Origin: Bugula neritina
Lineage: Eukaryota; Animalia; Bryozoa
Direction: 5' to 3'
Assembly (NCBI GenBank): GCA_964035545.1
Contig: OZ037766.1
Coordinates: 31,734,773 to 31,798,772 of the forward strand
DNA length: 64,000 nt
Shown: positions 41,315 to 54,191 of the stretch, piece by piece
How the letters are laid out: each line of letters opens with the position of its first letter
Position numbering within the stretch: the stretch's first letter is position 1
Made by a program: the position numbers and the translations under genes
Notes under the pieces: generated by a model
Told to the model about the DNA's origin: nothing
What the model saw: only the letters and a program-made list of their open reading frames with translations
Databases searched by the model: none

Positions 41315-44300
41315 CACACTCACACACTCACACACTCACACACTCACACACACAGACACACACACGCGCACGCACGCATGCACGCACGCACACACACACT
41401 CACACGCACACACACGTGACACGTGACACGTGACATGTGTCACGTGTCACGTGTCACGTGTCATGTATGAAATATGACTCATGATAATTTCTTAGCAAAT
41501 AGGTAGAATAGTTTAGCTAGGTTATACCTGGTGTAGAGCAGTTATATTCTGTAATGTTGTTGTTAGTAAATGAGGTCTTCAGTACTATAAGTATATTATT
41601 CATTGATGGTAAGCAAAGGTTAGGAGTATGGAGGGAAACTGGTCCCTTTATCTCTTCAAGGCTTTCTAATCCAAGGACGTTTAGTTCTGGAATGTTGAGT
41701 ACCAGAGCATGGGTTCTAAAAAAAATAATCTAGAATTCACAACTAGTTCTGTTACCTCAGCAATATATTGATATGAAATGTATTTGTTAGCTAATTGTAT
41801 CAGTAAATGTATCTATAGTTTACCATCATCATAATATATTTTAGGAGTTATCTAAAGCAAGCACTACATTTTTAGCATGACAAAATTTTATTTATGTTTA
41901 TCCAATTATGCACAATGCTGCCAGTATTTAATGTTAACTTTCAATGCTAATATCAGTATTGAGTGGAGATTTTGCAGGACTCTCAGATGAACCTCCGCAA
42001 ATTGCAAAGATTCTAAATATTCACTCTTGGTTCATGACACCAACAATATTTTAGTGTAATAGAAATAAATGATAAAATATGAAACACCTTTCACAGTATG
42101 TGATTTAATGCAATATTATCACATATATTATACTCTGTTTTTGCTGCTCTCCTATCACCAGCTCCGAGTACATATTGAAGATTTCTAAACATCGTTAAAT
42201 TAGTGAAGAGAGGAAGGTTTTGAGAACTACTCTTTACTATAAGAGACCCTGATATGAGTTTGATTGAGCTCAGAGCTTGCTGGAGTGCACTGCGAATAGC
42301 TGCCACTTCAGTAGCTGTAACAAAGTATAAATATAACTCTTTCTATGTTTAGAGTAATATCGTAATCTAACTTGAAGCTACAACTTGCTGATTGAGTGAG
42401 AGAATGGTAAACTGAAAGCTTATCCCATGCTGTCTAATAACAAACTACATGGCAAACTAATTCAGCTGTTATTTGATAACAAATCATAGTGTTATTAATA
42501 GTTTCAATAAAGGAATTATAGAATGAATTAATTAAAAGTAAAGATGTTATACTGTGGATGAAATAGGCAGACAGGAATAGCGAGTTTATATTGTTCACAC
42601 TTCAGCACCTATGTTGAAGGAAGTCACACATATTGTGACTCTAAAGTATAAGGTAACAGATAAGTTGAATTAGCAAAGTGGAAGTTTCAATTGCATAATA
42701 TTTTTAGTAAAAAATTATTTTTACTTAAATCACAGTGTTTCAAAACCAAGCTGCATAAGGTATAATAAATAAGTCCAAGATATTCTGTTTTCGTATTTTG
42801 ATTACATATCAACATGATGACGGCAATGAGGTTTATAGTATTGTGAAGCTGTTACTTGTTATTTCAACATAATTTTTGAAAATTGAAAACATTTCTACTT
42901 TGCAAACTACAAAAATACTAATTAAAGAGAACATCTTAGTCCTAGTTAAACAGATGCCCACCTTAAACAACACATCCTAAAAATCTAAGAAGTTACATAC
43001 CATTTCTAAAGTCGCTAAAGTCAAGAATTAGATCGCCTGCAACATGAGTACATCCTTTCTCTATAGACATATAATTAGTTTCATTGAAGACTGGAGCTTC
43101 AAAGTAACAGGTTTTCTCATCAACTCCACCACTTTCAATACAATTCAGCTCAGCATTCAATTCGTATCCATCTGGACATCTCTCTACACACCTTCTGTTC
43201 AAACTGAAGTACTGCTCTGAAATAAATATTTGTATTTGAAATAATCATTTTATTTGCTTTTAAAATTGTTTTTGATCAAAAAAGGGATCACTTTGTTTTA
43301 GTTAGGCACAAAGATTTATATTTCAAACTGTTAACTACAATTCAGAGATATGCCTTAAAAAATTCTTAGTTGTACGATACTATTTTGTCTTTTTCAGATC
43401 TAACAACTGTTTGAATAATAATTTGCAATCTTTATTGAAAACTATATTTGTGTACAATTAACAATAAAGTATCATAAAATGTAGTATTTTAAAATAGTTA
43501 AAGTAAAAAAAAGCTCCTCCTATATTTAATTTTAATAATACTATTTTGAATGTCCAAAATTATCTATAGTCTTACTTTATTACTCAAAACCTACCCTCAT
43601 CTCTATTATACTGGTAAACTTCTATCTCTGCAAGAATGAACTCGTGTTGATATTCAATTTCTCTGACAATTATTCCCCGGACATGTGGATGTCTGTTAAA
43701 GGGAACAAGTTGGTCACAACTGGTGATGACGTAACGGCTATGTGATATGTCATTCAAATAGGTGCACGTTCGCCATTCAGGGTAGCTAATATTTTTGTCA
43801 GACACTTCAAAGTATGGCGTAATGTCTACTGCTGTTTGTTTCAAAAGTTCATCTGAAAAACATAGCAGAAATTATAGTGGACTTGTATGGCCAATAAAAC
43901 TTATGCTGCAGAAAATATATAGTTACAGTATGCATCAACAAATATGCACATGCCTAAATATTCGGAAGTGCAAAAAGAATTAAAAAAAAGTTTTTATTAG
44001 AATTATTTGGGGAAAGTTTTTATTAAGTAATTATGGTTACTCTCATAGAATCTTTAAAGAAGGAGGAAACTGAATGGAGAAACTTACAGCAGTTGTCTAC
44101 TCCTGGGCAATCAATTCCATGTCTGGTATAAAGAATCATATATGATAACTGGACTAAATCGTCAGTCTTGATCCAATAGAACACACTTTTCAGTTGATCA
44201 TTGTAGGTCTGACCAGGTATGCGTATGACTCCGTCAATTATTGCTGAGAATTCTGGGAGAACAAGCCTTGTACTGAAGGCTACTTTTGGACTCGCTTAAA

Positions 44301-45566
44301 TAAAATACGACATCTCACATAATGAGGGTAAAATATTATATCTCACACAGTTACAGTAAAATAAAATATCTCACACAATTAAAATGCAATATCTTGCACA
44401 TGCCATTTGAAAAACCTAAAATGATAAACTGGGTTAAATATTAGCTTATATACATCAAATAGTCTGCCTTTTCGTTCTGAAGTAAAACAAATTTAGTAAA
44501 AATATTACAAAATGTTTTTAAAATAACAGGGGCTTTAATTTTTTTGTTATAAAATAATTGTATTTATGTTTATTAGATGTGAAAATTATTTTTAAAATAT
44601 GATAGCTTAATGCCTGGATGACGGCAAGCATAAACAAAATAAACAATTAAAGTCTGTGGTTATATGTCACCTAAACATTGCTTAGCAGATGCATAAAGTT
44701 TTGGAATTATATGCATAAATCTAGAAAAATTACTGAAATAATTGAAAATAACTTTTATTGGATATTTTGTTATTCTATAGCAAAATATTATACTTTGTTT
44801 GCTGTCAATCGGAATTTGAACAAAAATAAAAGACTGGAATTAGCTTCACCAGCTGTAAAGGTGTTCTTAAGTGCTCTGGATTTTGCTCGCTAATAAGACA
44901 TGCACTTGGTGCATAGCAGATAGTGATTGGAAAAAAACTAAATAATTTTTTACATTAACATTATACGACGTTTTAGTAAGATGTTCAGAAAAAAAAACAT
45001 GAGAAATGCTAGTTTTGTTCTTTACATGTAAACATATACAAATATATAGTAAATTCGGCACTGCTCTTTCAACAACTGTAAGCTGTTTCTCTCCCATGGC
45101 TTTTGTTATAGCATTATACTACATAAATTTATATAGACATTTCTATAAATTACTTTAATAGACAATATACCAACATACTGTTTCCATAAACTTGAATACT
45201 GCCAAGTTTTAGAGAACTTTTAGCTGTAACTCCCAATTTATAAACGAGTCGCTCTTCATCTCCAAACATACACTTTAGGAGGTATTTTTCAGCTGATATT
45301 TCTCCTCGATGGTCACACAACTCCCACTCTTTATTTCTCAAGTCTGGAATACTAGTAGAAGGAAGGGGCCAATTTGCCCCATCAGTCATAAAAGACACAT
45401 CTTTGAGTGATTTTGATTCTAAAATATGTGAAATAAATGTACATGTGTTTATAGACACCATTTCTTCCCAAGTTGTGTAAAATCACACTTTCTCTTTTGG
45501 AATATATGTATAAAACTTTTCAGGTAACTTTTATATAAATAAAGTATAGTAAATAAAAATGTTATC

Positions 45567-45636
<70 letters not shown>

Positions 45637-48600
45637 GTATATACAATGTTTTGTTTAACTCACCTGACTGTCCTATATTTATGATTGCATAATAAAAGAG
45701 AAACGTCCTGTCATATTTCACCATAATCCAAGCAACCATAGTTTTATCTGACTGCAGATTAAGTAGAAAGGTACCAGAGGAGTAAGTTGGTGAAAGAGGG
45801 TTCTTTCTTGAAGCAGCTGCATATTCACAAAAATATGTTAATTAATCATATTATTCATATTTTAAAAAGTTATAGCATAAACATTTGATATTTATTTTAA
45901 GTAAAAACAACATTTTAATTTTAGGCAGAAATACTAACGAATTTTGTAAAATTCTGTAAAAAAACAAATAGTAGTATATTTTCAGAACAATAAGAGACAA
46001 AAACTTATTATATTTAGCTTTAAAACAAGATGATTATGGCTACATATGAAAAATATTGGTACAAAACGACGCTCGGTGTCACAACTGCATTTTTTTTAAA
46101 TTACCTGTTTATTTAAACTTGTTTTGTAAAGTTTTAGAGTGTAAACCTGATAGTTAATAAGAAATCATGCAGTATTCTAAACACTATAATATAAGTATAT
46201 GATATACTGTACAGCACTCTGTAATCTGAGCTATGACAAAAACATATTATTTCTACATGAAAAGAAATTGTTAACAGCTTAACTATCACTTTACCTGGAC
46301 ATTCTTCAAGGCAGAATCTGTCATATAAAACATATTTATCAGAGATGCATTCTGAGATACAAACTCCGTCAACATCAGAATATTGAGGACAACTTTCGTA
46401 CTAAAACAACATTATGTACTTTGATCTCTATTGTAAATGTCATATTTCATAGACTCAACAATGTAAAGTTTACGTTGAAGAAGTTCTTATAGTAGCTCTT
46501 TACGTACCTGGTAACAATCTGTAGTAGCTGGTCCTTTACAGCCTCCTGTACAATTAGAAGAACAGCATTCAGATGGTGTCGTACCATAACAGCCATTAGT
46601 ACAATTTCCATTGCAGACTGTAGACATTTTCTGGCACTTATCTTCTCCTGGACCCCAACACTGGCCATTGCAACTGACTGAACAATTATCTGTAAAACAC
46701 TTGACTGTAGGATGTGTAGCCATGTTGGATTATGATAAAACAGTATTGAATCACTTGTAAACTGTTAGAAGGTGTCTGCTATTGGACTATGGAAATGTTG
46801 CTCATACCTTATAAAATATTTTATTGTTCAGCTGCTTACCCTGGCAAGCTGATTGGCTATCCACCACTGTCACTGTTTGCTCAGTTGAATTTCTTAGCAT
46901 TTTCTCAAAGTCAATGGTTTTAGTGTAGCAGTTGTAAGACTCTATGTGTATGTTTCCTGCTTCAACAGCTAAAACCGGAAATTAGTACAAACTATTGACA
47001 TATAGCAAGACAAAAACACCACAAGTTACACTTTGTATGTTTTTCTCTGTAAACACCAGAGTGTTTGATACTCTTCATGTAATAAACTGCTGCTCGTAGG
47101 AGGTTAAAGGTTAAACTAATTGTTTTCTTATATAAGTTATTGTTTTAATATAATATATCAATCCTCAATTTAAAGCATGATCAAGTCTATGATTGGTTTT
47201 TTAAACAAAGGAAATCTTTTTTATAGTTGTACTGTATTAGAATAACTATTAAGCCTTAATTCAATAATTTTTTATTTGATGAAACTTGTTTTGAAAACTT
47301 TTAGGCCAGATTATTAGGTGAACAAGGCCAAATCTTTTCTAATATTGCATTCTTGTTGTAAGATGAAAGCAAAGAAGTCAAAGGATTTGATGCAGAAATG
47401 TACATTAAAAACCATTGATCTAACATGCTAGTTAATTAGAATTAATTACAAACATATCTACATATGCAAAAGTTTAAGCTTGAAAGGGGATAGGTGTAAG
47501 ATGATCTGATGTTGACAAGCTACAAGCTAACAAGTACTAAAGCTACTGACAAGTGATAGCCGAAGGAAAGCCAACAAGGAACACTCTAGAGCTTAGCCTG
47601 GTAGGTTAACACTACATGGCGCAGTCGGCAGGATATTGAGGAGACAAGAGTTACAAAAGAGAGAAGTGTGTTGTTTGGAGTTCACTAGACTTCAGAGGTT
47701 TATATTTGGAAAAAAGAGTTGAGAGGTTTGTTGAGAAAGGTGGTGAGTGTTGACTTTTGAGCAATTTATAAAGAATACTAATAGATTCAGAATAAGAGTG
47801 ACTGCGAAAGGAACTGAGAATTAAACTTTGAGAGACACGGATGCGCCCAGAGATTGGAACTGAGAGTACAGTGCATAATCACGAAATAGCTGCTTAAAAT
47901 TAAATTGTTTTATTTACTCTATTAAAACTGCTCAAGTGTAGTATGGCTCATGAAGACATCAAATTAGACCTTAATGCTTTTCCTAAATTAAAGTTGGATG
48001 AAAGCAACATAACCAAATCTTGGAACTCATGGCTCATTCAATTTAAATTGAGTATAGAAGTTACTTCTCTTAATGCAGGGTTTGAAGTAGTAGGGGATGA
48101 ACAGGTTAGCAGATTTAGAGGTAGGAGAAAGCTTTTAGCTCTGTTAGGAGCTGTAGGGTCAGAAGGTCTTGATACTTTACAGTCATTAGGTTTTGATTTG
48201 AATAATAACTCTGATGATGGATATGAGTTAGCCTTAGACTTACTGCAATCTCACTATGATAGAGATGATACATTTTATGTGAAAACCATGAAGTTTGTCA
48301 CTGTGACCCAAGCTTGTGGAGAAAACGAAATTGATTATTTGCTAAGAGTTGAGAAGCTAAGTAGAGCAATAAACTTTGGCAATAATGATGATGTTAGAAT
48401 GGGATTTGCAGTTGCACTAGCAGTTAATGGTTTAAGAAATGCAGGATTACGTAGACATTTGTTGCAGCATGCTAACCTAAGCTGGGAACAGCTGAAAAGA
48501 AAAAGTCGTGCTGCACATTTAAGTAAACTTTCTGAGGATGCTTTAAATGCAATAAACAATGGATGCATAGATGAACAGTCAATTGGTAGACTCACATATT

Positions 48601-51600
48601 CTTACCAAGCTAATGGTAACTCAGAACATTGTAAGAAAAGAGATAAAGTCCTACATAGATCTAATTATGATAAGATAACTTCTATCAATAGAGACAACTC
48701 TTTTTCAAAGAAAAAGGAGGCATGTAATTCATATCAACATTGTATTTATAAATCGCAAAATGCTTACAAAAGTCATGGTAGATGCTTTAGATGTGACCGT
48801 ACAGGACATTATGTGAGAAACTGCCCTAAAACCCGTTGCTACATGTGCAAGGAATTCGGCCACATTGCTCAAGATTGTTCTGATAACGAAAGATACCATC
48901 ACAAAAAGAGATATGTGGAACAAAGAGAAAACAGGATCGGAGTTATGAACTCCTTCAAATCAGTGAAGTTTTCTAAAAAGAGTGATGTGACTTATAATCA
49001 CAATGTCAGTCCTAAAATAACAAGGACTTTACTAGTTAGTGGTAGGCGTGTAGAATTCTTGCTAGATACTGGGTCTGAGGTTTCTACACTTACTGAGGCG
49101 ACTGCAGAAAAGTTGAACATTAAATTAAAGGAACCAGATAAGCATATTACAGGTGTTGATAAGTCTTTGGTGAATGTGCTAGGCAGAGCTAAGGTTTGCA
49201 TTGGCGACTTCAACAGATTTGTGGATACCAAGATTTATGTATTGGCAAACTCTACTGAAAATTTGCTTGGTATAGCTGATATTACTAGGTTAAAATTGCT
49301 GGATCTGCAATGTTGATATAAAATGATACATGTGTGTTGTAGATATGGAAAAGTGTATTGATGTTCACTGTAATGATATAAACACATTATTGCAGTGGAA
49401 TACTATGGAATGACAGGCAGAAGCAGTTACCAACAATGTTGTCTGCTCCCGTGAGTTAAACTCATGGAAGACTCTGTAAGCCGACGAGAGAAGTCAGTTG
49501 TGACCCTCGCTGTTGCTTCACGGGGTGTGAGCCGAGTGTAGTCTATATGCAGACCCTCGACATCTCACTTTCAGATAATATGATAAATGTGAGGTTTGAC
49601 CTCAGTACTGACATGACATCATCAACATTGCTACTAATGTTGTCTGCTCCTGTGAGTTCCTTAGTTTAACTCATAGAAGACTCTGCAAGCTAGCAAGAGA
49701 AGTCAGCCTTGACCCTTGCTGCTACTTCACTTTCAGATAATATGATAAATGTCAAATTTGGCATTGTTCTTCCCAACAGTGCTAGCAATGAGAGGAGGTG
49801 GGATTCGACATCTAGGACTGAGCCACTTTGAACCACTTCATAATAAGTTTAAGTATTCAAGGGCATTAGTTGAAAGCTAGTTTTGTTCGAATTGATTGCA
49901 CTTCTCTTTCAAAAGAAAAGGGCATGTGGAATTATTAGCATCATGATGATGATAATATAGATATGTGTTCTGGTATTCTGAAAATGTGCTCTTGTGCCCT
50001 GCTTCTCTTTTGTAAGGAGGGAGCATGTAAGATGATCTGATGTTGACAAGCTACAAGCTAACAAGTACTAAAGCTACTGACAAGTGATAGCCGAAGGAAA
50101 GCCAACAAGGAACACTCTAGAGCTTAGCCTGGTAGGTTAACACTACAATAGGCAGCATTAGTCATTCAAACCACACAAGGTTTTGTTGAGTCATATGGAA
50201 GTCTTTCAGTTTCAAACTTCTGCTAATAACCAACTGTAAAACTTGCTTTGGAAACTCTTCTGAGTATAAATTATAAATTATGTACAATTATTAGAAATTA
50301 TTCTGCATAAACTATCTAAATTACTTACTTTGCAATGCATAGAGATCATAGAAAGGTCTGTCACTATCACTCAGTCTCAAACTAAAATAAGCATCTTCTG
50401 CTAGAGGTTCACCTTCTGTTGTTTTCCCTCCAATTGACATCAGATTAATTAGTCCAGTTTCCTTGACGGAGGAGGCTGAAAAACATAATAATAATTTTGT
50501 TGTTTTTTGCGAAGTCTCTCTTTTCAATGAATACAATATAATTTGGAAGCAGTCATGAATAAGCACTACTAATGCTTCATTATTATTGTAAAACAATTGG
50601 ATGAACAACTGAAGTGGAACATAATTCATTGAAAAGGTGACTATGGAGTATTGAGTAGGTTTTAAAATAAATTGTATTTCAAGAAGCAAACATAAACTAA
50701 TGACTATAACATACTACTAAATTTTTTCAAAAATAAAAGAAGCGAAATCAATACCTAGAAAAATTTAAAGTTCTCAAGTCTAAGTTGTCAGGTAAGCCTA
50801 GGGCCACACGATGCGTATTTTCGCATGCGAAAATTGAAATCACAAGTAGCAAAGGTGTTCACTGTAGCGTCAGTGATGCGTGATAAATAAAGCTTTCATT
50901 TTTAAATCGCACTCGCTTTCAATAAAACGCAATTTACTGGAATGTAGCACTAAAATAAAGAAATTGGGCTCGCTGAATAACTACCACCCAATTAGGTGAC
51001 GACGACAGAGACGATTCGCACTTGCGTTGAGAATGTAGAGCGACAAGGACACCTTTGCTACTCGAGATTTCAATTTTCGCATGCGAAAATACGCACCGTG
51101 TGGCCCTAGGCTAACACAACTGTTTAGACTCGTTCTAAAAGCATTCTCATTTATTATATGCATAATACTTACCATACATCAACAAATATATTTGAATATG
51201 ATATTTCAAAATTCTTAAGTTTCCTATAGTTTCTGCAACTGGCCAATTCTGTTTGAAAGTATCTACATTTAAAGCAGTTATTAGATACCTAAACGAGCAG
51301 TTCCGTAGATGAACAGACGTCCTCGAACTCTTGTGATGCTGTTAAAGAAGTCTCTAGAAAATGCATCGTAATACCGGTATGTTTGAACCGGTTTCCAAGA
51401 AATATGCATGTCACCTAAGACAAATGAGCAGCCCCTGTAGAGTAATCTCAAGAAGTAGAAGTCCTGAGACTGGTACTGTGCATATTGAATACTGTTGTTA
51501 TGGTACTGCCCACTGCAGGTTCTGTCGAATATATCTTAAATAGAGGAAATTCAATGAGTAATATTTAAATAGAGCTACATTTCAAAAGTCTGCTGCTTAT

Positions 51601-51805
51601 ATAAAAAATAAATACAACTTAGCAAAGCATGAAAAATAGAAATAATTATTATCAATGTGAATTGTGATAAAATTAGGCTAACACAACATAATAGGTTTAA
51701 TATACTACCTGTCAGGCTTGCCTGAGTTAAACTTGTCAAATAAAGCAAAACAATTACAAATTCTAAACAATAAACAACATGTTTATTCACGCATGTGGCA
51801 GCCAT
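36860..51805 (-). CDS. Kinase-less EGFR-like ectodomain receptor with two inserted lectin-like domains (paralogue B)
   Basis: Same 17-exon layout as paralogue A, in reverse complement. ATG at 51805, TM VILLPIMLGLAGVVAV|LGSILYGW, terminal exon about 37858-36860. No disabling mutation seen in the exons examined; both TE insertions are intronic. Confidence 0.87.
39177..40930. repeat. AT-rich satellite filling intron 14 of paralogue B (same family as 27980-30200, opposite strand)
   Basis: Directly visible (tatataatgta)n-type array. Confidence 0.97.
41247..41465. repeat. Compound (CA)n/(CACG)n tract followed by 7-bp gtgacac/gtgtcac repeats
   Basis: Directly visible. It occupies the same intron position as the (TG)n of paralogue A. 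Confidence 0.85.
47495..47616 (+). repeat. 5' LTR (122 bp)
   Basis: tgtaagatgatc...aacactaca, identical to the 3' LTR. Confidence 0.96.
47617..47634 (+). promoter_or_regulatory. Primer-binding site, tRNA-Ser type
   Basis: TGGCGCAGTCGGCAGGAT is complementary to the 3' end expected for an invertebrate tRNA-Ser (...AUCCUGCCGACUGCG-CCA). Confidence 0.85.
47943..49316 (+). CDS. Retrotransposon Gag with two CCHC zinc knuckles fused to an aspartic protease (457 aa)
   Basis: Knuckles CFRCDRTGHYVRNC and CYMCKEFGHIAQDC; protease FLLDTGSEVS ... ENLLG. The ORF stops right after the protease. Confidence 0.92.
   Translation: MAHEDIKLDLNAFPKLKLDESNITKSWNSWLIQFKLSIEVTSLNAGFEVVGDEQVSRFRGRRKLLALLGAVGSEGLDTLQSLGFDLNNNSDDGYELALDLLQSHYDRDDTFYVKTMKFVTVTQACGENEIDYLLRVEKLSRAINFGNNDDVRMGFAVALAVNGLRNAGLRRHLLQHANLSWEQLKRKSRAAHLSKLSEDALNAINNGCIDEQSIGRLTYSYQANGNSEHCKKRDKVLHRSNYDKITSINRDNSFSKKKEACNSYQHCIYKSQNAYKSHGRCFRCDRTGHYVRNCPKTRCYMCKEFGHIAQDCSDNERYHHKKRYVEQRENRIGVMNSFKSVKFSKKSDVTYNHNVSPKITRTLLVSGRRVEFLLDTGSEVSTLTEATAEKLNIKLKEPDKHITGVDKSLVNVLGRAKVCIGDFNRFVDTKIYVLANSTENLLGIADITRLKLLDLQC
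50026..50147 (+). repeat. 3' LTR (122 bp)
   Basis: Identical to the 5' LTR and followed by the ATAGG TSD. Confidence 0.96.
50796..51111. mobile_element. MITE, Tourist / PIF-Harbinger-like, 316 bp
   Basis: About 60-bp terminal inverted repeats (gcctagggccacacgatgcgtattttcgcatgcgaaaattgaaatc...) and a TAA target-site duplication (50793-50795, 51112-51114). Absent from the homologous intron position of paralogue A (about 19925-19965). Confidence 0.9.
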
Positions 51806-52236
51806 ACTACCTAAACTCTGCTGTGTCCAATTATAGAGAAGATATCCTGTAATTTTGCTCAAGGATCAACAATTAGACAAATTCAACATAAAATTAACAA
51901 TTGAAATACGAAGTATTCTGAATTTTTCAGTTTCGATTGGTAAACTACAAATATGAAAGTGCTACATTCACACAGTTTGTGATACGATTTACTATATAGG
52001 TAAAGTTTATTATAACATACAATAATGAAGTAAGTTATATATATAAAAAATAAAGCTTAATAATGACTAAACACACACTGAACATCTTTTAACATGTATG
52101 TTTCTTAGAAGCTGTTTAACCAACTTCGGACCACTTTATCTTAGTTGTAATAGCTGGTCATTTTAATTCTGCGTTAGTCAGTCACCTTTAAATATGATAT
52201 AATCTTGATGCAATCAAAAATAATTACTTTTCATGC

Positions 52237-52891
52237 AGTCAGTCATATAGTCAGTCATATAGTCAGTCAGTCAGTCAGTCAGTCAGTCAGTCAGTCAGTC
52301 AGTCAGTCAGTCAGTCAGTCAGTCAGTCAGTCAGTCAGTCAGTCAGTCAGTCAGTCAGTCAGTCAGTCAGTCAGTCAGTCAGTCAGTCAGTCAGTCAGTC
52401 AGTCAGTCAGTCAGTCAGTCAGTCAGTCAGTCAGTCAGTCAGTCAGTCAGTCAGTCAGTCAGTCAGTCAGTCAGTCAGTCAGTCAGTCAGTCAGTCAGTC
52501 AGTCAGTCAGTCAGTCAGTCAGTCAGTCAGTCAGTCAGTCAGTCAGTCAGTCAGTCAGTCAGTCAGTCAGTCAGTCAGTCAGTCAGTCAGTCAGTCAGTC
52601 AGTCAGTCAGTCAGTCAGTCAGTCAGTCAGTCAGTCAGTCAGTCAGTCAGTCAGTCAGTCAGTCAGTCAGTCAGTCAGTCAGTCAGTCAGTCAGTCAGTC
52701 AGTCAGTCAGTCAGTCAGTCAGTCAGTCAGTCAGTCAGTCAGTCAGTCAGTCAGTCAGTCAGTCAGTCAGTCAGTCAGTCAGTCAGTCAGTCAGTCAGTC
52801 AGTCAGTCAGTCAGTCAGTCAGTCAGTCAGTCAGTCAGTCAGTCAGTCAGTCAGTCAGTCAGTCAGTCAGTCAGTCAGTCAGTCAGTCAGT
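52237..52891. repeat. (AGTC)n tetranucleotide array, about 630 bp uninterrupted
   Basis: Directly visible, just outside the end of inverted arm B. Confidence 0.97.
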
Positions 52892-53114
52892 GAACCTGAC
52901 TGTAAGCAGTCAAGTTTTGTATTTGAAACAAAACACAGTCTACTTTGCAGCTAGAGCATCACTTCTAAATGCAATAATTTTTTCTCCATATAAATGGTGC
53001 TCCTTGCAGTACCGCTTTTAAGTTATTATTTATAATAAAGTAATAGAGGCAATTTTACAACAGTTAAGATGCATCATAACTGTTTACAAATTATATATAA
53101 CATATTAGCATTAT

Positions 53115-53432
53115 TTGTAGTATATAGTATGTAGTATATAGTATGTGGTGTGTAGTGTGTAGTATGTATATAGTGTGTAGTGTGTGGTTTCTAGTATGTG
53201 TAGTGTGCGCAGTGTGTGCAGTGTGTGCAGTGTGTGTAGTGTGTGCAGTGTGTGCAGTGTGCGCAGTGTGTACAGTGTGCGTACTGTGTGCATGAGGTGT
53301 GCGTGCAATGTGTGTGTGGTGTTTGTGTGTGTATGTGTGTCCGTGTGTGTGTGTGCGTGTGTGTGTGCGTGTGCGTGTGCGTGCGCGTGTGCGTGTGTGT
53401 GTGCTTGCGGGCATGCGTGTGAGCGTGTGCAT
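53115..53432. repeat. Compound TG-rich simple repeat
   Basis: Directly visible. Confidence 0.85.
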
Positions 53433-53540
53433 GTACAACTCAAATTTTAACATTGGTTAACCTTGGTTGAGTCAAGTCAACTTCAAGCAATACCATGAAA
53501 CTTAACTTTCAATGTACTTGAATTTTAGTGAGTGCTGGGT

Positions 53541-53817
53541 TACTAGGTAGTTGCAAGTTGATGTATATGCTTGTTGCTAGGTAGTTGCCAGTTGATGTAT
53601 ATGCTTGTTACTAGGTAGTTGCCAGTTGATGTATATGCTTGTTGCTAGGTAGTTGCCAGTTGATGTATATGCTTGTTGCTAGGTAGTTGCTAGTTGATGT
53701 ATATGCTTGTTGCTAGGTAGTTGCCAGTTGATGTATATGCTTGTTGCTAGGTAGTTGCTAGTTGATGTATATGCTCGTTGCTAGGTAGTTGCCAGTTGAT
53801 GTATATGCTTGTTGCTA
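53541..53817. repeat. 34-bp minisatellite (ttgctaggtagttgccagttgatgtatatgcttg)n, about 8 copies
   Basis: Directly visible. Confidence 0.93.
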
Positions 53818-54191
53818 TTTGTAGCATGTGCTGTGGAAAAAACTTATTTTGCACAAAACTTTTCATATCTTACAAAAAGGCTTGCATCACCAGCTGTATT
53901 GTGAGTTTTATCAACCCATGTTTCTAATCAGTACATTTGGGTGTAATTGTTATTATACATTAACTTGTAGAAAACTATACCACACAATTTGTTATCATAT
54001 AAAATAGATAAATTAGCCAACAGTAAACAAATAAACTCTTCAAAATTTAACAAAGCATTCGCAGTGTTCTGATTTTCATTCCAAGTTGTTCGGACTAAAA
54101 TTTTTAAAAATATACATGAAGTTTCAACACAAGCTGCTGTCCTAACATCATTGTTTCCTTTCGAGATACAAGTCCCAGTCAATAAATCTTC

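Larger units (their letters stand above)
47495..50147 (+). mobile_element. Non-autonomous Ty3/Gypsy-type LTR retrotransposon (gag + protease only), 2653 bp
   Basis: Identical 122-bp TG...CA LTRs (47495-47616 and 50026-50147), a 5-bp TSD ATAGG on both sides, a PBS directly after the 5' LTR and a purine tract aaggagggag before the 3' LTR. Paralogue A has the empty site (single ATAGG) at about 20545-20575. Confidence 0.96.

Noticed and set aside
47943-49316. Domesticated gag gene (Arc/PEG10-like)
   Set aside because: Identical LTRs, a TSD and an empty paralogous site show a recent mobile insertion, not a fixed host gene.
49790-49812. gaggaggtgggattcgac resembling an antisense tRNA 3' end or B-box inside the LTR element
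   Set aside because: Too short, imperfect, and no cloverleaf or A-box could be built.
52205-53453. SQSV-repeat and HT/CV-rich ORFs
   Set aside because: Translations of simple repeats with no coding signature.
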